Shown: positions 52,400-64,000 of the stretch, piece after piece
Numbering within the stretch: position 1 is the stretch's first letter
Layout: each line of letters starts with the position of its first letter
Origin: Octopus sinensis
Lineage: Eukaryota
Direction of reading: 5' to 3'
Assembly (NCBI RefSeq): GCF_006345805.1
Contig: NC_043014.1
Span: 5,332,001 to 5,396,000 of the forward strand
DNA: 64,000 nucleotides
Made by a program: the position numbers and the translations under genes
The notes under the pieces: generated by a model
Told to the model about the DNA's origin: nothing
Database searches by the model: none
The model's input: the letters and a program-made list of their open reading frames with translations, nothing else

Positions 52400-54400
52400 T
52401 GTGTGTGTGTGCAGCGCTTCGTCGATAAGTGTACCAACCATTGTTCGTCTGAGAATTGAATGCCCGACCTAGCGCATCAATGCGTTTATATCTAGAATCT
52501 AGCAATCTGTTCAGTCTTGTGCTTCCAATCACTCGTGAATAGATTCCCGAAGTAACGATGTTCCACTTTCCTGCAGAGTGTGTGTTAGTCATCCCTGCCT
52601 TGGAGCACTCGGCAGCCAACCCATTCAATGCATGTCGAAAGTGAACATGACATGAGTCAGATAGCAGCATGTCGTCTGCAAATAGCAGTCGACCGATCCC
52701 TTACAGACGAAATGAGATACTTCTTCTAAAATGGCTGAGCCTTGCTCAACCAGATCATAAGAAATGTGAGAAGAAGCACTAACAATGCGCTCTTCTATTG
52801 AAGTCCAAACTCCATGTTGAAAACATTCGGCTTTTGCACAAATACAAACATTTGGATATCCGTACGAGTATTTTACGGTAAAAGGTATTTGCCCAATAAT
52901 CTCACCTTCCTGGTAAACCATCCGCAACATGCCCCACGGCACGTGGTCTACAGCGTATTCCCCTTGGAATTATTTCAACGTTTTCTCGAAGATCTGCCTT
53001 CGAACGAATATCTGGTCGGGTGTACTGTATCCAGGACAGTAGTCCTGGACGCGACAATTTCCCAACGTAATTATTCTAGACATGTAGTGTAGACTTTGTC
53101 TTAAAAAAATCTGCGATTATTACCCGGATTGACATTGCCCTCGTGTTTTCCCTGAGATCCATTCCCCCTAGCATACATGGGTCACTCAAGGAATACCCTG
53201 AGTATTTAAGGGTTTTAAATTATCAAGACGAACGTTTTTCTCTCCAGCAGCTTTATCACTTTTCAGTGACTTTAGTTCGACAAAAATAATACAATCACTA
53301 ATCGATTTCGATGCCCAAGTTTATTCATGTGGGTCTCTCTCAATTTGGATGCAATATTATCCACAATTTTATTTCTTATTCCATCATCCACTACTGCTTT
53401 CAACTTTATTCTGTAGGTCGCACTGGACTTACCAATTTACTAGGTTCTCCCAACTGTAGTCATCTTCCGGTTCCAGACATCGTGGTAGTGGTCAGTTGAC
53501 AACTCTCCCCACTACTTATAGCCCGAACGTCCAGCACAGACTCAAAGAGGACTGAGACGACAACAACATCTATCAAGAATTTCTGTCACTAAGCATTTCT
53601 ATTCCAAGTACCTTTATAAACAACCATGTCTTAAAACGATATCTATATCATAGAGAGTCCAGAAGACTAGTATGGCCACCACATTAAGGTGTGTGACGCC
53701 ATTCCACCCAATCAATACTTCTTGCGGTTATCAGCGCCAAAGTGTTCACGGAAGTCTCCTTGTAAGACAAATGACTTTACCCCAAATATATCCAAAGCTG
53801 CAGTGACTTTGTTAAGGAAGCATTTGTATTTGCCCTCGCTATTGGGTGCATTTACTTCCAGCAGCTACACCACTCCTTCATTCTGCTTGAGCTTCAGGAG
53901 GTATCCCTTAATACCTAGTGTGATTCACCTCATAATCCAATCCGAAAGCCAGGGATTGTGAGCATCCCACTTCCGCCTGTGCAGACATAGTTGGCACCAC
54001 ACCTGCACGGTAGAGTTTCCAACCTAATTCCAAGTGAGCGCCTCCGAAGCAATGAAGCTTTCTTGAGGAAACTGATTATATATAACAGGCAGCGATTTGT
54101 CTCGTCCGGTTTTGACAGTCTAATTCTCAATTATGAACGGATGATCCCTTCTAGACCGGCTTCGGTGTCATGGAACGCGCATATTTTGTTTTCCCTTCCC
54201 ATGCATCCCACATTGATTTGGGTGGAGACTGCAAAATATTTCCCAAATGGACTCCTTCATCCAAGATCCGGACGCAAATGCTGTTATCCGACTCGATGAA
54301 TGACGCGGTATGGCTATTCCCTCGAGCCCTTTGCATATTGTAGCTATGATGGCCTGATTCGCACCAAACACCAAGCTGATATTTGTAACTGGCCCATCAG
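52400..54400 (-). mobile_element. Degenerate RTE-clade LINE relic, copy E (more diverged lineage)
   Basis: Collinear with, but clearly diverged from, copies B-D. Confidence 0.72.
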
Positions 54401-54810
54401 GTGCCAAGAATTGATAATATGGCCTACATATCTATAAAAGAAGAACTTTATCGTTATGATGGTCACAAATATATATATATACTCACATCCAAGTTCAACT
54501 ACAAAACTAACATCCGTTCATAAGGGAGACAAATACACATTCTGTTATTCTGAGATTAATCTCTCAAATCTTTGACATCAACGTCAACAACAGGCTCAAT
54601 AGACAAATGACTAATTTTCTTCGTTTAAAATTTATTCTTAGCGAATCATTTACTTCTTTCATTCCGATTTTCATTCATTCACTCATTCTTTTTCTCTTAA
54701 ATTCTAAATTTCTCTCCTCTTTATCAATTCCTTCCAAGCCAACAACTTCCTTTGTATAGGATTCAAGAATTCTTTCTTTTAAACTAAATTGTTTCATTTT
54801 AATTTCACAG

Positions 54811-54885
54811 AACCCGGTCCCGGATCATTGTATACCCGGTGGGGCAGAACTACTTGTCCTACTAATTCAAGCCTTGTATATAACG
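54811..54885 (+). CDS. Copy E exon 3 (KPGPGSLYTRWGRTTCPTNSSLVYNG)
   Basis: tttcacag acceptor, gttagt donor, 75 nt. Confidence 0.9.
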
Positions 54886-56269
54886 GTTAGTATACACTAC
54901 ACTTCTGTCCACTCTTTCTCATTTTGTCTTTCTCTTCTTCTCTTTTTATTCCTCTAATTTTCTCTTTGTGTCACCCCCTCTCTTTCCGTTTCTCACACGC
55001 ACACGCACGCACGCACACTCAAGCAAATCATTTGATATATCACGTTTGAAACGATACCTATAGACCCTATAGAGACTGCACAATACTGCTTACTCCTTTC
55101 TAGGTAATTGTTCAAATTAGAATTCTAAATGTTGTCTACTACGGAACAAATGAAAAGAAGGTTGTCTAACCACAGAATATAGATATCTATACGTTAAATT
55201 ACAGATCGGGGATGGACTGAAAACCACCATGGCGATCAAGAATTTCAGGCTGACCAGCTTTGGATTGTAGATATCAAATACCGAGGCTGCTAACTTGTGG
55301 TCAAGTGTACTGGCTACGGATGGTGGTACTGTACGTGAGTGACCAGAGCTGAATAGTGGCCACTTGACTATCATTAACTAGAGTGCCCAATGATCGTAGG
55401 TGTGGGCTAAATTGAATAGAGTCTATTAGAATTGATGACAATGACTGTAAATGGTTAATGGAATGAACGCACAATGTAGAATGAGGCCTGGACAAGCCAC
55501 ACACTGTAACTGATGGAAAAAGCTAAGGACTTTATTCATTAAGTAAAATAGATAGAGACTAAAAATTAGTGAGAGAACACAACAGAGTACAGAATGCACT
55601 TCTATTCTTCTCCGCCTCACCGAAATCGTCCTATCGCTAAAACCTTGCTCTTTTCATGCACCACATCACCTCATTAATTATCCAGTATATCTTTAAAATG
55701 TAATTCCGAAACTTCCAATTCAAAACTGCTGCTTCCAACGGCTTCCCCAATTAACCTCACATTCCTTAAAAATGCTCTAAGTCGACTCTTTACAAACCCT
55801 ACACGTATCATTTATTGGTCGCCCAATTCGCCGTCCATTCTTCTTAAGCACTACGCCATCACTGAATTTTATAATGTTTCCTCCCACCTTTCCTTCCGTT
55901 TATTGCATGAAAAAAAGTCTGTGTGATCATAACGTCTATGTAAGCCTGATTCGTCCGAGTCTAAACGAGAGGTTTAGCCACTGACTCTCGTATGATCGAC
56001 TAAACAACATTTCATCGACGGTTACCCACCACTTCTCTGCATCTCGTCGTCTCCCGTATTGTCCTACTCAAACCTCATACAATTTCCACCACCCAAAATA
56101 TCCCCGTTCACACGTGAACATCTTTTCCATTTCGGATAAACACGAGTGCATGCGTTATAAAATATCTTTCTTTTCCTCCATCTATTCACATCCACCGAAA
56201 AACACCTACCCCATGCAAACATACATATTTATCCACGTCGCAACCACAAACACTTACCCGTAAACACAA

Positions 56270-56317
<48 letters not shown>

Positions 56318-56318
<1 letters not shown>

Positions 56319-56699
56319 TAGCAGTATCGCCCGGCGTTGCTCGGGTTGTAAGGGAAATAACTATATAAGCATTTTTAGAGAGTTATAGCCAAAAATTAGC
56401 AACAAAATGCATTAAAAATTGAAATAAAATTAAGGTAAATTTTTTTTTAAATCGTTGACACATCGTAGATATTTTTAGAGAGTTACTTCCCTTATATAAA
56501 AGCGAAAAAATGCATTAAAATGGAAAAATATGATGGTAATTTTTTTTAAATCGTAGACTCGCGCTAATACCCAGAAGGGCTCGATATGAATCACGACTAT
56601 AAGATACCCGCTTTTGGTTAAACTGCACCGCAAAATGTGGGAGTAGTTACGAATCTAAATCGTAGGAGACAGACACACAACTTCACTCTTATATAAAGA
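56318..56699 (-). mobile_element. Non-autonomous Helitron (~380 bp), termini like 3160-3549 but different interior
   Basis: Minus-strand 5' TCTTTATATAAGAG; 3' CCCGAGCAACGCCGGGCGATACTGCTAG. Confidence 0.78.
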
Positions 56700-57545
56700 T
56701 GCTTTTTTTTTCAGTCATAGAGTTAGATTTATGAAGGTCTTCAGTAGAAAATCCTTCGAATTCTGACTCGCTGCTTGATATAATGAAATTCGTATCCATT
56801 TTTTGTCAGAATTACAAATTTTGAAAACACAATAGGAACAAATTTCGTAAAAAAATCTCCCATAATTCACGGAATTAAAATTACACTTCGATTTTTGTAC
56901 AAAACTGTATTTGAAGTGTTTACGAAGTATAATACGTGTTTTCACGAATGTACTAAAGAGATTTACTCTGATATTCTCATTTAAATATGAATAGGTAAAT
57001 TCGGGCGGTTTGGTAACGAAAGGGTTAAACGGATGCATACATTTATTAATAACTATATATAAGTGTCGTCTGTTTATACATAAACACTGTTTCATACTTT
57101 CAGTTTTGTCTTCCTCAAATCACTCTGTCGCTATTTACTCTCTTCCAAGAACATTTTCACTCACTCTTATCTCTGAGCTTGCCATACATTTTACTCATGT
57201 ATTTATCAGCGTGATAGACAGAAACAAATATTACATCGCCAACGCATTCTATTGTCTACCTGTCAACACACACAGTGAATTAGTTTCATTTTATTCATTG
57301 CACACTGTGTGTGTGCGTTTGCGTGTGCTGTAAACCAGACTAAGAAAAGCATTTGACATACACACCAGAATGTGAGTTTTCTGTAAATTTTGCTTAATTG
57401 GAGTTTAAATTTTAAAAACTGGACCTGGCATGACCCGATGCATTCTACTCTTAAAAATGCTAGGTAAATTGTAATTGAAGAAATCCTATATTGTAGATTT
57501 CTATAAGTGACAAAGGGAGGCGGATAAAATCTGCCTTTTATAATA

Positions 57546-57587
<42 letters not shown>

Positions 57588-57870
57588 AGTTGCATGAAAC
57601 AATCGTACCGCAAAACCTCTGGATGTCCTTGTTGCTTACTATGATATATATATATGAAGAGAATGCAAATGCAATTACACAGCAACGTTCTCATGCATAC
57701 AGCAACACACAGCTTACACTCATAAAAACACTAACACATACACCACAATTCGTTCACAGGTGAGTAAACATGACTTATTTTAAGTGAAAAATTGTAATGA
57801 ATGTTTCCGTTATTTCATATATAATTTTGCTTAATATCTTTTTTACTTGATTTATTCTTACCAATTCTAG

Positions 57871-58370
57871 GTGTGGCTGGTGGACAATGGTACGACCACG
57901 AAGGTGGCGGAAGTAATTACTTATGTCTACCCAACGATCCCATTTGGGCCAATTATACAACAGAAGTTGAAGCAGGTGGTTACATTTATGGCAGTGAATA
58001 TCAACTATATTTATACCCAACTAATAAACTCTTTTCTTTTGCTAACGCTAAATCAATTAATGATCACAACGTTCCGTGCGCTGTCTGTTTGACACGACAA
58101 CCTGCTGTTGTTATGATGTTACCAGCCAGGACACAGTGTTACGACGGTTGGACAGCTGAGTATTCGGGATATTTGATGACTGGTCATCATCAAAATAGGG
58201 GCAGACATGAATATGTATGTGTGGACTATGCACCAGAAGCTGATCCAGCAGGTTACAGAGACGAAAATGGAGCTGTATTTTATTTCGTTCAGGGTGTTTG
58301 TGGTTCATTGCCATGTCCACCGTATGTCAAAGGTCAAGAATTAACCTGCGTTGTGTGCAGTAAACATTGA
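57871..58370 (+). CDS. Copy E exon 4, C4-like domain (GVAGGQWYDHEGGGSNYLCLP...CSKH*)
   Basis: ttctag acceptor, track ORF 57873..58370. Confidence 0.92.
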
Positions 58371-60301
58371 ATAGAAATTAAATTCGTTTCTATATGAAAA
58401 TTTATGTCGGCGAATCATAAAATAAAATATAATATTACAAAGCAACATATACGTTTCTTGTAATTGTGTTTCGCAATATTTTATCCAACTAATATATGTC
58501 GTTAAATAAATTGCTGCTACAAGTTTTCAGAAAATATTCAAAACGAAACAACAGAGAAGTCATAGAATGTGACAAATAGCTTAACAGAACGATGTAATCC
58601 CCAGGGAATAATTCTAGAATACTTTGTATGAGGTTCAGTTTATCAAATTTAAAAGTTGAAATAAAATTATGATTCGTTTAAATGTGTGTTGTATTCCGTC
58701 TTAAAATGAAAACAATCCCCAAATGAAACACCTCCGTACAAATATATCACCCTTTCATGATCAATCTTCAGAAAACACGATAAAAGCTTATAACTAACAT
58801 CACTAAATCATGATTGTTTAATAAAAAAAATTCTCCCTTACGTATCATTGTGACTACAATCGATGCGATGAAAGCTCTGCAATCCAATCGCGGATATTAC
58901 CAAATAAAGGATATTTGATATCCACTGAAGAAATACCACAAAATGTTGACTACCTAACTACTGGTCTGGTTACTAATACATTGAAGTTTTCACGAAACAC
59001 TTTCGACAAGGGTACAAGTACACGTCTCACGATTAACTATTTTCAACCTACATTCACATATTCCCGCTTTTCTACAAAAATCACACACACACACAGACTC
59101 GCGTAACATTACACACGTAGCCTCTCATCGTTCCCTGAACACTGATGTGCCAAAATAAAATATGAAACCACCAAGAAATATGAGTACACTTCAGGAACAG
59201 CATCAACCGAATCTACAGCAACACCACAAAACATCAAGTTGAACAAATTATCTCCGTCTGTAACATAAAACAATCAAACTCGCAGAAGAGGAACTTGCTT
59301 CGAGATACATGCATACAATAACTGTAACACACATAAACGACTTAGTAAGGAAAGGAACACCACTTATAAAATATACATTAGGTGGAATCAGTGCAACATG
59401 TTGAGTCTTTCACACTCTACCCAGCATGATTGCTCCTTGTATGTGGGAGTTTGTAGAATGGCTGCCAGATAAACGAAGGTATCCGTGGAAAGAGGGATCT
59501 GTGGGTGGCAGCACGTTTTTTGTCCGATTAATTGCGTGCCATAAGAATGCTCGATTGTGAAAAAGCTAGAGAAAAAGAATAATAATTAAGTAATATGAAA
59601 GCACGAAATGCAAATTGACAAATGAATAAATGGAAACATTCAACATGGCGTTTCCAGTGAACAGTATTAGCGCTCAGTGTTAGGCATAAGCAATTTTTAG
59701 GTTCGTTAAAATGTGCTAATGGCATATTTCAAACTCTAAACGCAAATTCTGTGCAAAAAGGTGCCAAAAAAGCATATCAGTCCAGTGCTGCTCCCTATCG
59801 GGTTCCAGTACAGCCGTTATCAAGAGAAAATACCGAAGAGGGGAATATCTGGACAAACTTAAAGCCATAGCTTTAACTTAAGCATAGTCAACAACAACGA
59901 GTAAGTGACGCCATTAGAGCGCCAAGCTGGAGTCTGTCGTGAGTTACCTCCCTTCGGTATTTCTCTTTGATAAATTCTTCGCTCGAGGAGTTGACTTCAA
60001 ACTTGTGCCCCAACAGTAACTGCGGTTGATCGTACGGGCCCGCATTTTCCCGCATATTTGTGTGTGTGTGTGTGTGTGTGTATGTATCCATGTTTGTGTC
60101 TGTGTGTGTGTGTGTGTCAGCGTGTGTGTGTGTCAGTGTGTGTGAGTGTGTGTGTCAGTGTGCGTGTGTGTGTGTCTATGTGTGTGTGTGTGTCAGTGTA
60201 TGTCTGTGTGTGTGAATGTGTGTGTGTGAATGTGTGTGTGTGTGAATGTGTGCGTGTGAATGTGTGTGTGTGTTTCAGTGTGTATGTGTGTTTGAGTATG
60301 T

Positions 60302-60340
<39 letters not shown>

Positions 60341-60406
60341 TGTGTGTGTGTGTCAGTTTGTGTGTGTGTATGTGTGTCAGCGTGTGTGTGCGTGTGTGTG
60401 TGTATG

Positions 60407-60445
<39 letters not shown>

Positions 60446-61170
60446 CATTGTGTGTGTGTGTGTCAGTGTGTGTGTGTATGTCAGTGTGTGAGTCAGTGTG
60501 TATGTGTGTATGTCAGTGTGTGTGTGTGTGTGTGTGTCAGTGTGTATGTGTGTTTGTCAGTGTGTGTGTATCGGTGTGTGTGTGTGTGCGTGTGTTTGTA
60601 TGTGTGTTTCTCAGTGTGTGTGTATGTGTGGGTGTCAGTGTGTGTGTGTTTCTCAGTTTGTGTGTCGGTGTTCGTGTCAGTGTGTGTTTGTGTATCAGTG
60701 TGTGTGTCAGTGTGTGTGTGTCTGTGTGTGTGTGTGTGTCTTTGTGTCTGTGTATTTGTTGATTGAACGAAATACTTCCCACACTGAATATTAAAACAGT
60801 TTCCCAAGAATAACAAATAAAATTAAATAACAACATTAGTAAATAAATATATCATAATATATCCAGAAACAGGAATCATTTCACTTTACACGTGTCTCAC
60901 ATTCATCAAAATATTTTGCTAATTATTGTGTGACAATATCAAACCATCTCTTTCCAATAATTAAACCTGTCAGACAAGTACACACCTCTTTTACAGTTCC
61001 ACCAATCGCATTGGTTCATAAATTTACGATAAGATCTATGCCAGAGCTGGGTTGTTGTGCGCTCAATAAATACGTGGAATTCAGTTACAGGTCTTCAGCT
61101 TAAACCTCGCATCTCGATCTTTTGTTGAAGCCACCCGAAGTATCACGTACGACCGACAACTGTCACCAGA

Positions 61171-61314
61171 ATGGATTTCGCACAACTGTCCAGGAATATT
61201 TCGCAGCGTTATTCCATTTCTTCTCTCATAGCTTTTGGGGTTCTTCTCGTTCTGACGATCGTGATTCTTCATCAAGATTCAAGAATAGGAAAAATGGAAG
61301 AGAAATCGAAAACG
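61171..61314 (+). CDS. Copy F exon 1 (rest of gene beyond window)
   Basis: Same 144-nt exon with gtaagt donor. The following intron matches intron 1 of copies C and D. Confidence 0.88.
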
Positions 61315-61766
61315 GTAAGTCATGGATTTTTTGTTAATATATGTATGTCTTTATGTATTTATATATGCATGTATGTATGTATGCATTTACGTATGTATGT
61401 ATTAATATGTGGATGTATGTACGTACGGATGGATGGATGGATGTAAGGATGTATGCATGAATCACTTACATATGTTCCTATGGAGCACACACACACACAC
61501 ACACACACACATAACATCACACACGTAATCACACACGAACACACAGGCGCACACACCTAAACATACATATATATACATATATATATATTTGTATATACAA
61601 TATACATATATATATGTATATATAAATATACATATATATGAATATAATAGTGCGTGAACATATATAGATATATATATACAAACAAATATATGCGTGTGTG
61701 TATCTATCACTGTATCTCTCTGTCTATCTCTCTCTCTCTCTATTTACCTATATGTATATATGTATG

Positions 61767-61804
<38 letters not shown>

Positions 61805-63775
61805 TTTGTATATAAATATATTCTGTTACCCGTGTCAGTCATTTGACTGCGGCCATGCTAGAGCACTGCGTTTAGTAGGACAAATCGGCTTCAGGAATTA
61901 TTTTTTGTAAGCCTATTGCTCATTCTATCGGTATCTCTAGCCGAACCGCTATGTAACGGGGACGTAAACACACCGACATCAGTTGAGAAGTGATAGTGGT
62001 GCGACAATCACAGACATAAAACATAGATACATACACACTATGTGTGCTATACACACACACACATACATCTATATATATATATACATATCATATATACATA
62101 CACACATATAATAGTTATGTATGTATATACATACATATCTATCTATCAATGTATCTATCTATCGATCTATCTATATATATATATATATATGTGTGTATAT
62201 ATATATATATATGTGTGTGTGTGTGCATATATATATATATACATATACACACATCCCAAGGAAACACGAAGAAGAGTGGAATTGTACTCCTGTCCGATCG
62301 CTCTTTCACCAGACATAATCCTGGAGAGGGAAATAAATGCGTAATGAAAAAAATCTAATGGTGGGGTTCTAGCATGGCCATGCCCTGTGGCTGCAACGTT
62401 TAGCCCTATTAATATTAGTGTTAAGTATTATATCAAGATGTACACTTACACACACGCACAGAATCATACACATATAAACACACACACCCGCACACATAGG
62501 AATACGTACATATTTACACACATTTATCTATTTCTCTCCATCAGGAACGGAATTTAGGCATCATTTGAAGGCTAAAACAGTGCGAAGCGCATTGTGACCA
62601 GCGAGATGCAGCAACAACTGGTAGTTTGGTCTGTAACGGTGATACGGGGTTATATGTATACACGCACACACACACATACACACGTACATACACACACACC
62701 AGCACAGATGCCCACATATACCTTTAACGAACAATAATCATACAGATACGCACACGCTTATACACACATGTCACAGACAAACACGCACATTCACGTACTT
62801 AAGCGCACACACGCTCACAAGCACACGCACGCACATTACGCCCACACAACTCCAAAAACCCTCACACACACACGCATGTACAAATTCACAGAAACACCGA
62901 TACATATACATACGCACAATATATGCCTACACGCGCACACACACATACACATAAGTATACACATATAGACACAGACACAAACACACACACGCACGCAAAA
63001 CTCACAACCCCACGGATACACGTATATACACCCATATACGCTTACACACATACAAACTCACACGTACACGCACACACAACTACACTCACATACGAGACGC
63101 ATGCACATAGAAACACACACACACAAATGAACCCACACATACGTCCCATACACACGGCACACAATTATACATACACGCACACAATTATACATACATGTAT
63201 ACTCGCATACGCACAGATATTCGCCACACACCCAAACGCTACGCATACACACACATGCACACACACATACATACACACACATTACATACGCCCAATTCCT
63301 TCTTCCTTGACCTTAACACTACTAACCCTACAACACGCAAAGATTAACAGCCACAACCACACACACACATACACACACACATGCACATACACATACACGT
63401 GTCATCATTGCACACATACACACATACACACACACGCACACGCAGACCTCCACACACTCTCTTATCCACACTTACACACACATTCCTCTTCCTCTACCAC
63501 TATTCTGTCTTTGAAAGAACTTATCTTCACCCATTTTCTTCCGGTCATTCAAAATGTGGCCGCGTGTGTACAGTTGGCGATTTTTTCCTCTGTCTTCCCT
63601 CCTCTGGATCTTTCCTTCTTGTATGTTTCCGACGAAGAACTCCACCCGAAACGTTAAACCCTCCTTCTTTCCTTATTTCCTGAGCGTCCAATAATACTAT
63701 CTTTGTTCCACGTCCTCGCGTCGTTGTACTTTTGTGCTGTCATGTTTGGATTAAATTTACCTATATATATATACA

Positions 63776-63814
<39 letters not shown>

Positions 63815-63831
63815 GTAGAAATACATGTGTG

Positions 63832-63866
<35 letters not shown>

Positions 63867-63893
63867 CTGTGTGTCTGTGTGTGTGTCTGTGTA

Positions 63894-64000
63894 CTAGCAG
63901 ACATACCCGGCATTGCTGGGGATTCAAATGGCAAAGTTGGTATATAGTATATTCCAGTCATTTTGAAACAGGTGATATTGGAAAGTGCAACATTGACAAC
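63894..64000 (-). mobile_element. Helitron relic 3' end, copy F (runs off window)
   Basis: ctagcagacatacccggcattgctgggg as in the other copies. Confidence 0.75.

Noticed and set aside
56700-57028. piggyBac-like end (minus strand TTAA CCCTTTCG at 57028)
   Set aside because: No partner end or second TTAA found.

Overview
AT-rich eukaryotic DNA packed with microsatellites. The SINE and microsatellite make-up suggests an octopus (inference). The backbone is a + strand tandem array of at least six copies (A-F) of one four-exon gene; coding lengths are exon 1 144 nt, exon 2 52 nt, exon 3 75 nt and exon 4 497-500 nt. Splice sites are canonical GT-AG with phases 0/1/1. It encodes a ~255-aa type II membrane protein: short cytoplasmic tail, signal anchor, charged stalk, and the Cys-rich C-terminal domain of 'short-chain collagen C4-like' proteins, with no Gly-X-Y helix. 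Only copy C (26637-36837) is complete and unambiguous. A and F run off the window and B has lost exon 1. D and E are fused by a deletion that leaves two phase-incompatible exon 2s. Exons 1-2 are nearly invariant, while exon 4 varies in a few discrete patches, and the copies are recombinational mosaics. Intron 1 of copy B holds a young Penelope-like retroelement of the Neptune type. It has a 1.63-kb pseudo-LTR, a variant minimal hammerhead in each repeat, and two overlapping ORFs joined by an in-phase T TTT TTA slippery heptamer. Next to it is a small inverted-repeat element with a canonical hammerhead ribozyme. The array also replicates relics of an RTE LINE, a Helitron and SINEs. Most ORF-track entries are microsatellite or antisense artefacts.
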